Below are positions 15,734-26,426 of a DNA stretch of 33,050 bases, piece by piece (the stretch's first letter is position 1; every line of letters begins with the position of its first letter). The position numbers and the translations under genes were made by a program. Location of the stretch: assembly GCA_046598045.1 (NCBI GenBank), contig JBKJJJ010000206.1:1-33050 (forward strand), given 5' to 3'. Under the pieces are notes generated by a model. It searched no databases, was not told the DNA's origin, and saw only the letters and a list, made by a program, of their open reading frames with translations. This DNA comes from Candidatus Eiseniibacteriota bacterium. Lineage in GTDB: Bacteria > Eisenbacteria > RBG-16-71-46 > DASYSL01.

Positions 15734-17590
15734 CTAGGCCTTCGCCTCGGCGACGGCGGAGTTCATCAGCTTCCACTTCGGCCGCTGGTTCGCCATCAGC
15801 ACGCGCTTGCGCACGCGGATGCTCTGCGGCGTGACCTCGGCAAGCTCGTCCTCGCGGATCCACTCGAGCGTCTGCTCGAGCGACATGACGCGCGGCGGCA
15901 CGAGCTGGAGCGCCTCCTCGGAGCCCGAGGCGCGCATGTTCGAGAGCTTCTTCTCCTTCGTGATGTTGACGTCCATGTCGTCGACGCGCGCGTTCTCGCC
16001 GATCACCATGCCCTCGTACACGGCCTCCGTCGGATGCAGGAAGATCACGCCGCGCTCCTGCAGGTTTTCGATCGCGTGGCCCGTCGCCTTACCGGAGCGG
16101 TCCGCGACAAGCGCGCCGGTCGCTCTGTGCGGAATGTCGCCCACCCACGGCCGGTAGCCCGAGAAGATGTGGTTCAGGAGGCCGGTGCCGCGCGTGTCGG
16201 TGAGGAACTCGGTGCGGAAGCCGATCAGGCCGCGCGCCGGGACGTCGAACTCGAGGCGCACGCGGCCGGTGCCGTGGTTGACCATCTTGGTCATGCGGCC
16301 CTTGCGCGGCGCGAGCTTCTGCGTGACCACGCCCAGGTGCTCCTCCGGGCAGTCGACGACCAGGTGCTCGTAGGGCTCGTGGATCTTGCCGTCGATGCGC
16401 TTGGTGATCGTGGTCGGCTTGCCGACCGACAGCTCGAAGCCCTCGCGGCGCATCATCTCGATCAGGATCGCGATTTGCAGCTCGCCGCGGCCCGAGACCT
16501 TGAACGCGTCCGGGGTTTCGGTGTCCTCGACCCTGATCGCGACGTTGGTCAGCAACTCCTTCTCGAGGCGCTCCCGGATCGATCGCGAGGTCACATACTT
16601 GCCCTCGCGGCCGGCGAACGGCGAGTTGTTGACGCTGAAGATCATCGACACGGTGGGCTCGTCGACGCCGATCACGGGCAGCGCGACCGGGCGCTCCGGG
16701 TCGGCGAGCGTGTCGCCGATCGAGACGCCGTCGACGCCCGCGAGCGCGATGATGTCTCCCGCCTCCGCATGTTCGGTGGCGACGCGCTTGAGGCCGTCGA
16801 AGGTGTAGAGCTGGGTGATCTTGTGGGTCGCCCCGACCGCTTCGGGCGTGCACGCGGTCACGCGGTCGCCGATGGCGATCGAGCCGTTCGCGATGCGCCC
16901 GATCAGCAGGCGGCCGACGAAGTCGTCGTAGCCCAGGTTGTTGACCAGGAACTGGAGGCCCATCGTCGGGTCGAACTTCGGCGCCGGGATATGCTCGACG
17001 ATCGCGTCGAACAGCGGCTTGAGCGTCTCGTCCGCGCCCTCGGGCGTGCGGCGGCTCGTGCCCGCGCGCGCGTTCGTGTATAGCACCGGGAACTCGAGCT
17101 GCTCGACGGTCGCGTCGAGGTCGATGAACAGGTCGTAGATCTCGTTCAGCACCTCGTCGGCGCGCGCGTCCTTGCGGTCGATCTTGTTGATCACGACCAG
17201 CGGCGTGAGCTTGAGCTCGAGCGCCTTCTGGAGCACGAAGCGCGTCTGCGGTAGCGGGCCCTCGGAAGCGTCGACCAGCAGCAGCACGCCGTCGACGAGC
17301 TTGAGCGTGCGCTCGACCTCGCCGCCGAAGTCGGCGTGGCCCGGCGTGTCCACGATGTTGATCTTGACGTCGCCATACCGCACCGAGGTGTTCTTGGCGA
17401 GGATCGTGATGCCCTTCTCGCGTTCGAGGTCATTCGAATCCATCACCCGCTCGACGATGTGCTCGTGGGCCCGGAACGTCCCGGCCTGGAACAGGAGCGC
17501 ATCCACGAGCGTGGTCTTGCCATGATCGACGTGGGCGATGATGGCGACGTTGCGCATGTTGGGGCGAGACTCGAGATGGACTTCGGACAC
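15734..17590 (-). CDS. typA: Translational GTPase TypA/BipA (618 aa)
   Basis: Motifs [39 protein letters not shown] and GRGELQ. The GTG start at 17590 has SD GAGGAG. Confidence 0.97.
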   Translation of the reverse strand: MSEVHLESRPNMRNVAIIAHVDHGKTTLVDALLFQAGTFRAHEHIVERVMDSNDLEREKGITILAKNTSVRYGDVKINIVDTPGHADFGGEVERTLKLVDGVLLLVDASEGPLPQTRFVLQKALELKLTPLVVINKIDRKDARADEVLNEIYDLFIDLDATVEQLEFPVLYTNARAGTSRRTPEGADETLKPLFDAIVEHIPAPKFDPTMGLQFLVNNLGYDDFVGRLLIGRIANGSIAIGDRVTACTPEAVGATHKITQLYTFDGLKRVATEHAEAGDIIALAGVDGVSIGDTLADPERPVALPVIGVDEPTVSMIFSVNNSPFAGREGKYVTSRSIRERLEKELLTNVAIRVEDTETPDAFKVSGRGELQIAILIEMMRREGFELSVGKPTTITKRIDGKIHEPYEHLVVDCPEEHLGVVTQKLAPRKGRMTKMVNHGTGRVRLEFDVPARGLIGFRTEFLTDTRGTGLLNHIFSGYRPWVGDIPHRATGALVADRSGKATGHAIENLQERGVIFLHPTEAVYEGMVIGENARVDDMDVNITKEKKLSNMRASGSEEALQLVPPRVMSLEQTLEWIREDELAEVTPQSIRVRKRVLMANQRPKWKLMNSAVAEAKA

Positions 17591-17752
17591 CGGGAACTCT
17601 CCTCGAAACGGGACTGGCAACCGGAATGACACCGCCGCCCCCCGCCGAACGGGGCGGAGGGACCGAAGCTCGACCCTGGGCACTAGGAAGGACCGGGTAC
17701 GGCGCGGTGGGCAAGCCGTACCATCTCCCAGATCGGCCAAATTTGCAAGGGG

Positions 17753-17781
17753 TTGCCCCATCCGGCGCGCGGGCCTACACT
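17753..17781 (+). promoter_or_regulatory. Sigma70-type promoter of the DUF2231-fdhD operon
   Basis: TTGCCC-N17-TACACT, 29 nt upstream of GTG 17811. Confidence 0.6.
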
Positions 17782-17810
17782 GCCGCCGTCCCGTCCTCCA
17801 AGGGAGCCCT

Positions 17811-18332
17811 GTGCAAAACGTACATCCGTTGCTCGTGCACTTTCCGATCGCCCTGCTGCTGACTTCCGTGGCGGCGACGTTCACCGGCGCCCTGCTGCGC
17901 CGCCCGACTGCCCCCGGTGTCGCGCGCGCCCTGCTCTACCTGGGCACGCTAGCCGCGGCGGTGACGGTGGTCTCGGGCTTCCTCGCCGCGCAGAGTGTGG
18001 CCAGGGTCCACGGCACACGGGAGATCATCGAAGAGCACCAGAACTACGCCTACGTCCTGCTCGGCATCGCGGCCGCGCTATCGGCGTGGTCGATCATTTC
18101 GTGGCGTCGCGCGCAGGCTGCACCGCGTCCGGTGTGGCTGTGGCTCGCGTTGCAGCTCGCGATGGTCCTGTTCGTCGTACTCACCGGGAACGAGGGTGGC
18201 GAATTGGTGCACGAACACGGCGTGGGAACGAAGCTGACGGCGCCCGGCGGTCCGCTCCACGAAACCGCGGCCGTATCCGCCGCCCCCATCGACTCCAGCG
18301 CGCCGCGGCCCACGGGCCGGGACTTTCGGTAA
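17811..18332 (+). CDS. DUF2231 family membrane protein (173 aa)
   Basis: SD AGGGAG precedes GTG 17811. Motifs [14 protein letters not shown] and [14 protein letters not shown], with about 4 TM helices. Confidence 0.88.
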   Translation: MQNVHPLLVHFPIALLLTSVAATFTGALLRRPTAPGVARALLYLGTLAAAVTVVSGFLAAQSVARVHGTREIIEEHQNYAYVLLGIAAALSAWSIISWRRAQAAPRPVWLWLALQLAMVLFVVLTGNEGGELVHEHGVGTKLTAPGGPLHETAAVSAAPIDSSAPRPTGRDFR

Positions 18333-18336
18333 CCGC

Positions 18337-19191
18337 GTGGCCACTCCCCTTCGCCCCGGGCGCGATGTCACGGTCAACCGCATGGCCGTGCGCCCCGGCG
18401 GCATCCGCGAGTCCGAGGACAAGGTCGCGGCCGAGGAGCCGCTCGAGATTAGGGCCGGCGGTCGCGGGCTCGCGGTCGTGATGCGCACGCCGGGCGACGA
18501 CTGGTCGCTCGCCGCGGGCTTCCTCCTGACCGAGGGTCTGATCCGCGGCCCCGAGGACATCGAGTCGGTCCGCCATTGCACCGACGTGCCCGAGAGCGCG
18601 CGCGGCAACGTGGTCGAGGTCGCGCTCGCCGCCGGCGTGCCCGACCCGCACGAGCGCGGACGGCGCGCGTTCTACGTCACCAGCTCGTGCGGCATCTGCG
18701 GCAAGTCCTCGATCGACGAGGTGCGCCAGCAGGCGCCCACGCTGCCCAACGGCGCCACGATCGCGGGCGACGCGCTGCCCAGGCTCGTGCCCGCGCTGCG
18801 CATGGCGCAGGTCACGTTCGAGCGCACGGGCGGCCTGCACGGCGCGGGCCTGTTCAAGTTCGACGGCACACTCGTCGCCACCGCCGAGGACGTCGGCCGC
18901 CACAACGCGGTCGACAAGATCGTGGGCGGGCGGCTCCTGCTGGGCGACTGGCCGCTGTCCGAGCGCCTGCTGCTGGTCTCGGGGCGCGTCGGCTTCGAGA
19001 TCGTGCAGAAGGCGTGGCTCGCCGGCATCCCCGCGGTCGCCGCGGTGTCGGCCCCGACGAGCCTGGCAATCGAACTCGCGCACGAAGCGAACATGACGCT
19101 GCTCGGCTTCCTGCGCGGCGAGGATTACAACGTCTACGCGGGGCCCGAGCGCCTGGGCCTGGGCTCGATGGGCCGGGGGGCGTCGCATTGA
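18337..19191 (+). CDS. fdhD: Formate dehydrogenase accessory sulfurtransferase FdhD
   Basis: Motifs EEPLEI, MRTPG, SSCGICG, TGGLH, EDVGRHNAVDK and SAPTSLA. Confidence 0.96.
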   Translation: MATPLRPGRDVTVNRMAVRPGGIRESEDKVAAEEPLEIRAGGRGLAVVMRTPGDDWSLAAGFLLTEGLIRGPEDIESVRHCTDVPESARGNVVEVALAAGVPDPHERGRRAFYVTSSCGICGKSSIDEVRQQAPTLPNGATIAGDALPRLVPALRMAQVTFERTGGLHGAGLFKFDGTLVATAEDVGRHNAVDKIVGGRLLLGDWPLSERLLLVSGRVGFEIVQKAWLAGIPAVAAVSAPTSLAIELAHEANMTLLGFLRGEDYNVYAGPERLGLGSMGRGASH

Positions 19192-19721
19192 AGGGTGCTG
19201 CGCTCGTCCTGTTCCCCGCCGTGCTCGCGCTCGCGGGTTGCGGGGACGCCGCCACCCGCCCCGGCGTGCCGGCGCGCTTCCTGACCGCGCACGTGTCCGA
19301 GGGGCGGGGCCGGTTCGAGGCGAGTTTTCACAGCGCCGCCTGGAGCCCGTCGACCGGAATCCTCACGCTCTCCGGGCTGGACGTCACAGAGCCGGGCGCG
19401 CCGCGCATCGACATCCGGGTGCACAGCGTCAGCGGACCGGGGATCTACCCGCTCGGCGGGCCAACCTCGCCAGGCATGGGGGCGTTCACGACGGACGGGC
19501 GTGCGCCGTTCGAGACCAACCTCGCGAACTCCGGTGCGCTCGTGATCACCCGTCTCGACCCGGCCACCCGCGAGATCACCGGCACCTTCCAGTTCGACGC
19601 CGTGGACGACGAGGAATCGCAGGTCATCGTCTCAGATGGGCAATACGACCTTCCCCTCGGGATCGAGATCCGGCCCCCGGTCCCGCCGGCCCAAGTCCTA
19701 CCAAGCGAGGTCCTGCCTTGA
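19188..19721 (+). CDS. Hypothetical beta-rich lipoprotein (177 aa)
   Basis: TTG start overlaps the fdhD stop (TTGA), and the lipobox is LAGC. It has a 'G.L.IT..D.....ITGTFQF.A' pattern, and its stop overlaps the next start. Confidence 0.75.
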   Translation: MKGAALVLFPAVLALAGCGDAATRPGVPARFLTAHVSEGRGRFEASFHSAAWSPSTGILTLSGLDVTEPGAPRIDIRVHSVSGPGIYPLGGPTSPGMGAFTTDGRAPFETNLANSGALVITRLDPATREITGTFQFDAVDDEESQVIVSDGQYDLPLGIEIRPPVPPAQVLPSEVLP

Positions 19722-20896
19722 ACCTTCCCGCGCTGCAGTCCGCGCTCAAGGAGCGCGGCATCGACGCGTGGCTCCTCTACGACTTCCGGCACATGAACCC
19801 GATCGCGAACCGCATCGCCGGCATCTCCGAGGACCGGCACACCACGCGGCGCTGGTTCGGCCTGATCCCCGCCGAGGGCGATCCGCGCTGGCTGCACTCG
19901 GCGATCGAGGCGCACGTGTTCGAAGGCCTGCCGGGCGTCAAGACCGCGTTCGTCGGCTGGCGCGACCTCGAGGCCACGCTGTCGGCGATGCTCAAGGGCC
20001 ACAAGACGGTCGCAATGGAGTACTCGCCCGGCAACGCGATCCCCTACGTCGCACGCGTCGATGCGGGCACGATCGAGCTGGTGCGCTCGATGGGGGTCGC
20101 GGTCGTGAGCTCGGCCGATCTCGTGCAGGTGTTCGAGGCGCGCTGGGGCGCCGAGGGGCGCGCCTCCCACGTGCGCGCCGGGCAGCACCTGGGCGAGATC
20201 GCGACGCTCGCGCACGGCTGGGTGCGCGACGCGGTCAGGCAGGGCGGCACGATCGAGGAGATCGAGATCCAGCGCCGCATGGTCCAGGAATACGCGGCGC
20301 GCGGCCTGATCACGAACGGCCCGCCGATCGTCGGCCGGAACGCCCACGCCGGCAACCCGCACTTCGAGCTGACGAGGGAGAACTCCGGCCCGGTCGGCGA
20401 GGGCGACGTGCTGCTGCTCGACCTGTGGGCGAAGGAACCGGGCGAGGACTCGGTCTACTCCGACATCACGTGGATGGCGTTCGTCGGCAAGACCGTGCCC
20501 GGCGACGTCCAGCACGTGTGGGACGTGGTCATGGGCGCACGCGATGCCGGCATCCGCCACGTCGAGGAGGGCTGCGCCCGCGGCGAGGCCATCCGCGGCG
20601 CCGACGTGGACGACGCGACGCGCGCGGTCGTGCAGGCGGCCGGGCTCGAGCGTTACTTCATCCACCGCACCGGGCATTCGATCGGGCTCGAGACGCACGG
20701 CAACGGCGCGAACATCGACAACCTCGAGACCCGCGACGAGCGCGAGCTGATCACCGACACCGGCTTCTCGATCGAGCCCGGCGTCTACCAGGCGAAGTTC
20801 GGCGTGCGCTCCGAGATCGACATGTATATCGACCCCGCCGGCCGGGCCGCGGTGAGCTCGCCGATCCAGCGCGCGCTGCCCGCCCTGCTCGCCTGA
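19718..20896 (+). CDS. M24 family metallopeptidase (Xaa-Pro aminopeptidase-like, 392 aa)
   Basis: Metal ligands in LLDLWA, YSDIT, HRTGHSIG, SIEPGVY and RSEID. TTG start at 19718. Confidence 0.93.
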   Translation: MNLPALQSALKERGIDAWLLYDFRHMNPIANRIAGISEDRHTTRRWFGLIPAEGDPRWLHSAIEAHVFEGLPGVKTAFVGWRDLEATLSAMLKGHKTVAMEYSPGNAIPYVARVDAGTIELVRSMGVAVVSSADLVQVFEARWGAEGRASHVRAGQHLGEIATLAHGWVRDAVRQGGTIEEIEIQRRMVQEYAARGLITNGPPIVGRNAHAGNPHFELTRENSGPVGEGDVLLLDLWAKEPGEDSVYSDITWMAFVGKTVPGDVQHVWDVVMGARDAGIRHVEEGCARGEAIRGADVDDATRAVVQAAGLERYFIHRTGHSIGLETHGNGANIDNLETRDERELITDTGFSIEPGVYQAKFGVRSEIDMYIDPAGRAAVSSPIQRALPALLA

Positions 20897-20907
20897 CGCC
20901 GCGCTCC

Positions 20908-22197
20908 ATGGCGGCGCGCACCGGCCCCGCCGCGTGGGCGCGCTCGCCGTGGTCCTGGGCGGCGGTCGCGCTCGTCCTGCGCGTCGCCTGGCTGCTGGTC
21001 GGGCCCGGGTGGAACGTCGAGCCGTATTCGGACAGCGTGGACTACCATCGCCTCGCCGCGCACCTCGCGGCCGGGCGGGGGTTCACGCTCGGGCTCGAGG
21101 ACGCGCTCTACCCGACGACGTTCCGCCCCCCGCTCATGCCCGCCTTGACGGCGCCGCTGTACTTCCTGTTCGGCCCGCACTACGTCCTCGCGCTGCTGCT
21201 CCAGGTCGTGCTCTCGGCGCTGACCGTGCCGCTGGTCGCGCGGCTCACGCGCGAGACGCTGGGCGAACCCGCCGCGCTCCTGACCGCGCCGCTGGTCGCG
21301 CTCTGGCCCGCGCTCGCGTTCCTCGCCACGAACCTCGGGACCGAGACGCTCACGATCCTGCTCACCGCGCTCGCGCTCCTGCTCGCGGTGCGCACATTCA
21401 CGCACGGCGGCGCGGCGCTCGCGCTCGCCACGGGGGTCGCGCTCGGCCTCGCGGCGCTGGCACGACCGACGGCATTGCCGCTCGCCGCGCTGCTGGCGCT
21501 GTGGCTCTGCGCGTTCGCGCCCCGATCCCTCCCCCGCCGCGCGCGGGAAGCGGCGCTGCTCGCGCTCGGGCTCGGGCTCTGCGTGCTCCCCTGGACCGTG
21601 CGCAACCATGCCGTCACGGGGCGCTGGGTCGCGATCACGAGCGGCGGCGGGAACGCGCTGCTCGACAGCAACAACGAGGTCGTGGTCGCGCGCCCCGAAC
21701 TGCACGGCGGCTCGCTCAGCCTGCGCCAGGTCGAGCCCTACGCCAGTTCGTTCCGCGGGCTCGACGAGGTCGGGATCGATTCGCTCTCTTCCGTACGCGC
21801 ACGGGAGTTCCTCGCGGACAACAGGGCGCTGTGGCCGCGCCTGGCGGCGTGGAAGGTGCAGCGCCTCTTTCGCGTGACGCGCGAGGCGGGCGGCACGCCG
21901 TGGACCGACCCGATCTTCTGGTCGTGGGGGTTGCTCGCACCGTTCGCGCTGTTCGGCTTCGGGCGCACGCTCACGCGGCCGCGCGCGCCGGAAGCGGCGC
22001 TCGCGCTCGCCGTGCTCGCGCAGACGCTGCTCGCGATCGTGTACTGGGGATCGTTCCGGATGCGGGCGCCGATCGAGCCGGAATTGATCGCCCTCGGGGC
22101 GGGCATGATTGCGATCGCGGCTCGACTCATTCCGCCCATCGCATTCTCGAGTCAATCGCCCCCTGCCCGAGACCTCTCTGCCCAGGATGACTCATGA
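20908..22197 (+). CDS. ArnT/PMT-like (GT-C fold) membrane glycosyltransferase (429 aa)
   Basis: Motifs DSVDY..LA, RPP, TE, L.RP and PWTVRN, with multiple TM helices. ATG 20908. Confidence 0.85.
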   Translation: MAARTGPAAWARSPWSWAAVALVLRVAWLLVGPGWNVEPYSDSVDYHRLAAHLAAGRGFTLGLEDALYPTTFRPPLMPALTAPLYFLFGPHYVLALLLQVVLSALTVPLVARLTRETLGEPAALLTAPLVALWPALAFLATNLGTETLTILLTALALLLAVRTFTHGGAALALATGVALGLAALARPTALPLAALLALWLCAFAPRSLPRRAREAALLALGLGLCVLPWTVRNHAVTGRWVAITSGGGNALLDSNNEVVVARPELHGGSLSLRQVEPYASSFRGLDEVGIDSLSSVRAREFLADNRALWPRLAAWKVQRLFRVTREAGGTPWTDPIFWSWGLLAPFALFGFGRTLTRPRAPEAALALAVLAQTLLAIVYWGSFRMRAPIEPELIALGAGMIAIAARLIPPIAFSSQSPPARDLSAQDDS

Positions 22198-23438
22198 CTG
22201 ACCCGGCCCGGTTCCTGGAGCGATCGCGCGTGCGGGTGGATCGCCGGGTGGTCTACGTGACCGCGTTCGTGCGCGCCATGGCCGTCGGGATGATCGGCAT
22301 TCTCCTCGGACTCTATCTCGCCCGCCTGCGCCTCCCTCCTCAGCAGGTCGGCTTCGTGGTCGCCGCCGGTCTCGCCGGATGTGCCGCTTCCACGCTGTGG
22401 GCCATGCGGTCGAGCGATCGGGTCGGCCGAAAACGATTCCTCATCGGCCTCGCGATCGCGGCCGCCGCGGGCGCGCTGCTCGCCGTCACCGCCAACCCAA
22501 TCGCGCTCGTTGTCCTGGCATTCGTGGGGATGGTCAACGGGATGGGCCGGGACCGTGGCGCCGCGCTCGTGATCGAGCAGGCCCTGCTGCCGGTGACGAC
22601 GACCGACGCGGAGCGCACCCGCACGATGGCGATTTACAGCGTGGTGCAGGACGCGGGCCACGCCGCCGGGTCGCTCCTCGCCGGCCTCCCGACGCTGCTC
22701 GTGCATGTGGGTGGGGTCAGCGACCTGGCCGCCATGCGCGGGATGCTGGGCGTGTACGGCGTGCTGTTCCTGGTCACCGCCGTCACCTACGCCTGGCTCT
22801 CCCCCGCGATCGAACTGCCGGCGCGTGAGGCTCCCCTCGAGATCACGCCCCAGACGCGGCGCACGCTCTGGAAGATCTGTTCCCTGTTCGCGCTCGATGG
22901 CCTGGGGAGTGGCTTCCTCACGACGGCGCTGCTCTCCTTCTACTTCTTCACCCGCTTCGGCGCGAGCGCGGCGACGGTCGGGCTCCTGTTCTTCGGTGCG
23001 CGCGTGGCCAACGCGCTCTCCCACCTGCTCGCCGCCTGGCTCGCTCGGCGGATCGGCCTCGTCAACACGATGGTGTTCACCCACCTGCCGTCGAGCCTGC
23101 TGCTGGTCACCGTGGGTTTCGCCCCCACCTTCCCGATTGCCGCCGCGCTGTTCCTCCTGCGCGAGGGACTCGTGGAGATGGACGTGCCGACACGATCTTC
23201 GTATGTGGTGGCGGTGGTGCGGCCCGAGGAGCGAACGTTCGCCACCGGGGCCACGCTGCTGGTCCGCCTCGCGGCCTGGGCGGTGGCGCCCGCGCTCGCC
23301 GGCGGGCTGATGCAGGGGCGATCGCTCGCGATTCCGCTCTACATCGGCGCGGCGATGAAGATCGCGTACGACATTCTACTGTTCCGCGCTTTCCGCGGGC
23401 TCAAGCCCCCCGAGGAACGCACCGTCAAGCCCACTTGA
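22194..23438 (+). CDS. MFS transporter
   Basis: MFS motif A (SDRVGRKR), RIGLVNTMVFTHLPS and MDVPTRSSY, with about 12 TM segments. Confidence 0.93.
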   Translation: MTDPARFLERSRVRVDRRVVYVTAFVRAMAVGMIGILLGLYLARLRLPPQQVGFVVAAGLAGCAASTLWAMRSSDRVGRKRFLIGLAIAAAAGALLAVTANPIALVVLAFVGMVNGMGRDRGAALVIEQALLPVTTTDAERTRTMAIYSVVQDAGHAAGSLLAGLPTLLVHVGGVSDLAAMRGMLGVYGVLFLVTAVTYAWLSPAIELPAREAPLEITPQTRRTLWKICSLFALDGLGSGFLTTALLSFYFFTRFGASAATVGLLFFGARVANALSHLLAAWLARRIGLVNTMVFTHLPSSLLLVTVGFAPTFPIAAALFLLREGLVEMDVPTRSSYVVAVVRPEERTFATGATLLVRLAAWAVAPALAGGLMQGRSLAIPLYIGAAMKIAYDILLFRAFRGLKPPEERTVKPT

Positions 23439-23462
23439 GGCGAGGCCCGGCCCGCTGCCTGC

Positions 23463-24179
23463 CTAGTTCTCCCGGTACGTGCTCGAGATCCGGAAACGCG
23501 CGTCGTACTCGGTGCGCACGGCGTCATTGGCGGAGCCGAGCACGAGCTTGCAGCCGAAGTACCGGCCCACGAGGGATTGGGCGCGCAGGTCGGTCGGCAG
23601 AAGCTCGCGCTGGCCCCCGCCGGTGGCGGCGCCCGGATCGAGCAGCACGTCGACCGGGATCAGGTAGTCGGCGTAACGCTGGCCGGGCTGGATCCACGTG
23701 ACCTCCTGCGCCTGGTCGCGCCGGTCGTACGTGATCCCGCGATGCACGGCCTTGAACGAGCGGCCGTAGACGTCGAGGAACGTGCACTCGTCCCACAGGA
23801 TCTTGACCGCGACGCCGCGGCGGTTCTCGATCTGGAAGTGCACCGCGCTGGTGTCGGGCTTGAAGTAGACGTAGAAGTCGCGGTCCGTGATCGCGAAGTT
23901 GTCGTTCTGCGGCGCAGTCATGTCGATGCGGTACTTCCAGCCGGTCGCCAGCGGATCGCTCGGCGCGGCGGTGGGCACGGTGTCGGAGAGCGGCTGGCCC
24001 GAAGGCGGCGCGCCGAGCGTGGGCGTGCCGGTCGGCGGCGCCACGGTGTTGGTCGGCGGCGCGGCCGAGGGCGGATTCTGCGCGGCTCCCCCGCCACAGC
24101 CGGCCAGCACGCCCGCCACCGACGCCACCGCCGCGAAGCGCATCATCGCCCGCATCTCCCGGCTACGCTCGACGTCCAT
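23463..24179 (-). CDS. Hypothetical lipoprotein with Pro/Thr linker and beta-sandwich-like domain
   Basis: Lipobox LAGC. The start is either ATG 24179 or ATG 24146, and both have GGAG upstream. Confidence 0.8.
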   Translation of the reverse strand: MDVERSREMRAMMRFAAVASVAGVLAGCGGGAAQNPPSAAPPTNTVAPPTGTPTLGAPPSGQPLSDTVPTAAPSDPLATGWKYRIDMTAPQNDNFAITDRDFYVYFKPDTSAVHFQIENRRGVAVKILWDECTFLDVYGRSFKAVHRGITYDRRDQAQEVTWIQPGQRYADYLIPVDVLLDPGAATGGGQRELLPTDLRAQSLVGRYFGCKLVLGSANDAVRTEYDARFRISSTYREN

Positions 24180-24270
24180 GCTCCCATCCCTCCGCGGTCC
24201 CTGAGCCAGAGCCGGCCGTGCGGTCACCCCGCCCGGCGATCGTCCACCACCCTACACCAGCGTAGGCGGT

Positions 24271-25458
24271 TTAGGAACGCCGCGCGAGCGCGGCCTCGAT
24301 CGCCTCGAGGTACTTGAGGCCGCTGCCGGTGTTGAACACCACGACCTTCTCCCCCGCCCGGATGTCGCCCCGGGCGACGAGCGCCAGGAGCCCGGCCCAC
24401 GCCGCCCCGCCCTCGGGCGCGGCCAGGACGCCGAGCGCGCGCGAGAGCTCGAGCGTGCCGCCCAGCATCGCGTCCTCGCCCACGGCCAGCGCGGCCCCGC
24501 CCGAGTGGCGGAGGACTTCGAGCATCCAGCGGTCGCCGACCGCGGCCGGCACGCGCAGGCCGGCGGCGAGCGTCGAGGGGTTTTCCCACGGCGTCGCCTC
24601 GGTGGCCCCTGAGAGGAACGCGCGCGGGATCGGGGCGCAGCCCTCCATCTGGATGCTGTAGAGGCGCGGGCGCCGGCCGGGCTCGATCCAGCCCAGCGCC
24701 TCCATCTCGTCGAACGCCTTCGCCATGCCGACGAGGCCCGTGCCTCCGCCGGTCGGGTAGAGCACGGCGTCGGGCAGCGACCAGCCGCCCTGCTCGGCGA
24801 GCTCGTAACCCATGGTCTTCTTGCCCTCGGCGCGAAACGGCTCCTTGAGCGTGGAGAGGTCGAACCAGTCCTTGCCCGCGACCTCGCGCAGTCGGCGACC
24901 CGCGTCGGTGATGAACCCGGGCACGAGCGTCACGTGCGCGCCGAGCGCGCGCGCCTCGAGCACGAACGCGCGCGGGCAATCCTCGGGCACGAACACGTGC
25001 GCCACGATCCCCGCCCGCGCCGCGTAGGCGGCGAGCGCGCCGCCCGCGTTGCCGGCCGAGGGCAGCGCGACCACGCGCGCGCCGAACGCGTGCGCCATGT
25101 TGACCGCGAGGCACAGGCCGCGCGCCTTGAACGAGCCCGTCGGGTTCGGCGACTCGTCCTTGATCCAGAGTTCGCCGAGCCCGAGCTTCGACGCCCAATC
25201 CGGCAATCCGAGCCGCGGCGTGAGGCCCTCGCCGAGCGAGATCGGCGCGCGCTCGAGCCCGAGCGGCAGCGCCTCGCGATACCGCCACAGGGTCGGCTCG
25301 CGGCCGACCAGGGATGTGCGATCCCAGCGGCCGCGCAATGCCGCGAGGTCGTAGCGCGCCGCGAGCGGGCGGCCGCAGGTGCAGAGCCCGCGCCACGCAT
25401 CCGCGTCGTAGGTGAGCCCGCACGCAGTGCACTCGAGATGCGTGTAGTTCACGCTCAT
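24271..25458 (-). CDS. thrC: Threonine synthase (PLP-dependent, 395 aa)
   Basis: N-terminal Cys ribbon, LGEG.TP, NPTGSFKARG (PLP Lys), SAGNAG, EGKKT, PTGGG and TGSGLK. ATG 25458 overlaps the rsgA stop. Confidence 0.88.
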   Translation of the reverse strand: MSVNYTHLECTACGLTYDADAWRGLCTCGRPLAARYDLAALRGRWDRTSLVGREPTLWRYREALPLGLERAPISLGEGLTPRLGLPDWASKLGLGELWIKDESPNPTGSFKARGLCLAVNMAHAFGARVVALPSAGNAGGALAAYAARAGIVAHVFVPEDCPRAFVLEARALGAHVTLVPGFITDAGRRLREVAGKDWFDLSTLKEPFRAEGKKTMGYELAEQGGWSLPDAVLYPTGGGTGLVGMAKAFDEMEALGWIEPGRRPRLYSIQMEGCAPIPRAFLSGATEATPWENPSTLAAGLRVPAAVGDRWMLEVLRHSGGAALAVGEDAMLGGTLELSRALGVLAAPEGGAAWAGLLALVARGDIRAGEKVVVFNTGSGLKYLEAIEAALARRS

Positions 25459-26426
25459 CGCCTGACGCCGCCTGGGCGGGACTTGCCGCGGCCGCCGGGA
25501 CGGATCGCATCGCGCGCCGGGGCGGCGCCCTCGAGCTCGGCATAGAGCCGCAGGTAGGCGGCGTAACGCGCGGCCCCGACGCCACCACCCTCGAGTGCGG
25601 CGGTCACCGCGCATCCGGGTTCGGCGCGGTGCGCGCAATCGGAGAAGCGGCACAGACCGTGCCCGCGGCACTCGGGGAACAGGCGCGCCAGTTCGCGCGC
25701 CGGGACGCGCGGCAGGCCGAACGCGCGCACGCCGGGCGTGTCGATGACCTCGGTCGACGGCGGCCCGGCGCCCAGGCGCAACAGCGTCGCGGCGGTCGTG
25801 GTGTGGCGGCCCTTACCGGTGCGCGCGTTGACCTCGCCGATCTTGAGGTCGAGCCCGGGGATGAGCGCGTTGAGCAGGGTGCTCTTGCCGGTTCCGGAAT
25901 GCCCGACCAGGAGCGTACGCCGGCCCTCGATCGCCCGCCTCAGGTCCGCGATGCCGACGCCCGTCTTCGCGGCGACGACGAACGTGTCGTAGCCGGCGCG
26001 CCGATAGAGCGCCTGCGCGGCCTCGACCTCGGCGGGCCCGACGAGGTCGGCCTTGGTGAATGCGATCGCCATGGGAAGGGAGAGCCATTCGCAGGTGATC
26101 GCGAAGCGGTCGACCAGGCCCTCGGAGAGCGGCGGGTCCTTGAGCGCGACCACCGCGAGCACGCGATCGAGGTTCGCGGCGGAGGTCTGCAGGCGCCCGC
26201 TCGCCGCGGCGCCCGCGGCCGCGCGCTGGAAAACGTTGCGCCGGGGCGCAACGCCGACCACGGTCTCCTGCTCGACGGTCACGCGGTCGCCGGTGACGAC
26301 CGCGTTGCCGAGACGCGCGCCGGGGTCCATCAGGCGCTTGCGTACCGAACAGAACGTGAGGCCGCCGGCGTCGTCGAGCACGACGACCCCTCGCAGGTCG
26401 ACGCGCGCGACCACTCCCTCGGTCAC
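25455..26426 (-). CDS. rsgA: Small ribosomal subunit biogenesis GTPase RsgA (323 aa)
   Basis: Circularly permuted GTPase motifs TKAD, GHSGTGKST, GRHTT and DTPG, with Zn finger CRFSDCAH..EPGC. GTG 26426. Confidence 0.95.
   Translation of the reverse strand: MTEGVVARVDLRGVVVLDDAGGLTFCSVRKRLMDPGARLGNAVVTGDRVTVEQETVVGVAPRRNVFQRAAAGAAASGRLQTSAANLDRVLAVVALKDPPLSEGLVDRFAITCEWLSLPMAIAFTKADLVGPAEVEAAQALYRRAGYDTFVVAAKTGVGIADLRRAIEGRRTLLVGHSGTGKSTLLNALIPGLDLKIGEVNARTGKGRHTTTAATLLRLGAGPPSTEVIDTPGVRAFGLPRVPARELARLFPECRGHGLCRFSDCAHRAEPGCAVTAALEGGGVGAARYAAYLRLYAELEGAAPARDAIRPGGRGKSRPGGVRR

Noticed and set aside
24244..24270. Hairpin after thrC as a terminator
   Set aside because: The stem is short and bulged with no U-tract, and it may instead contain the promoter of the downstream lipoprotein.
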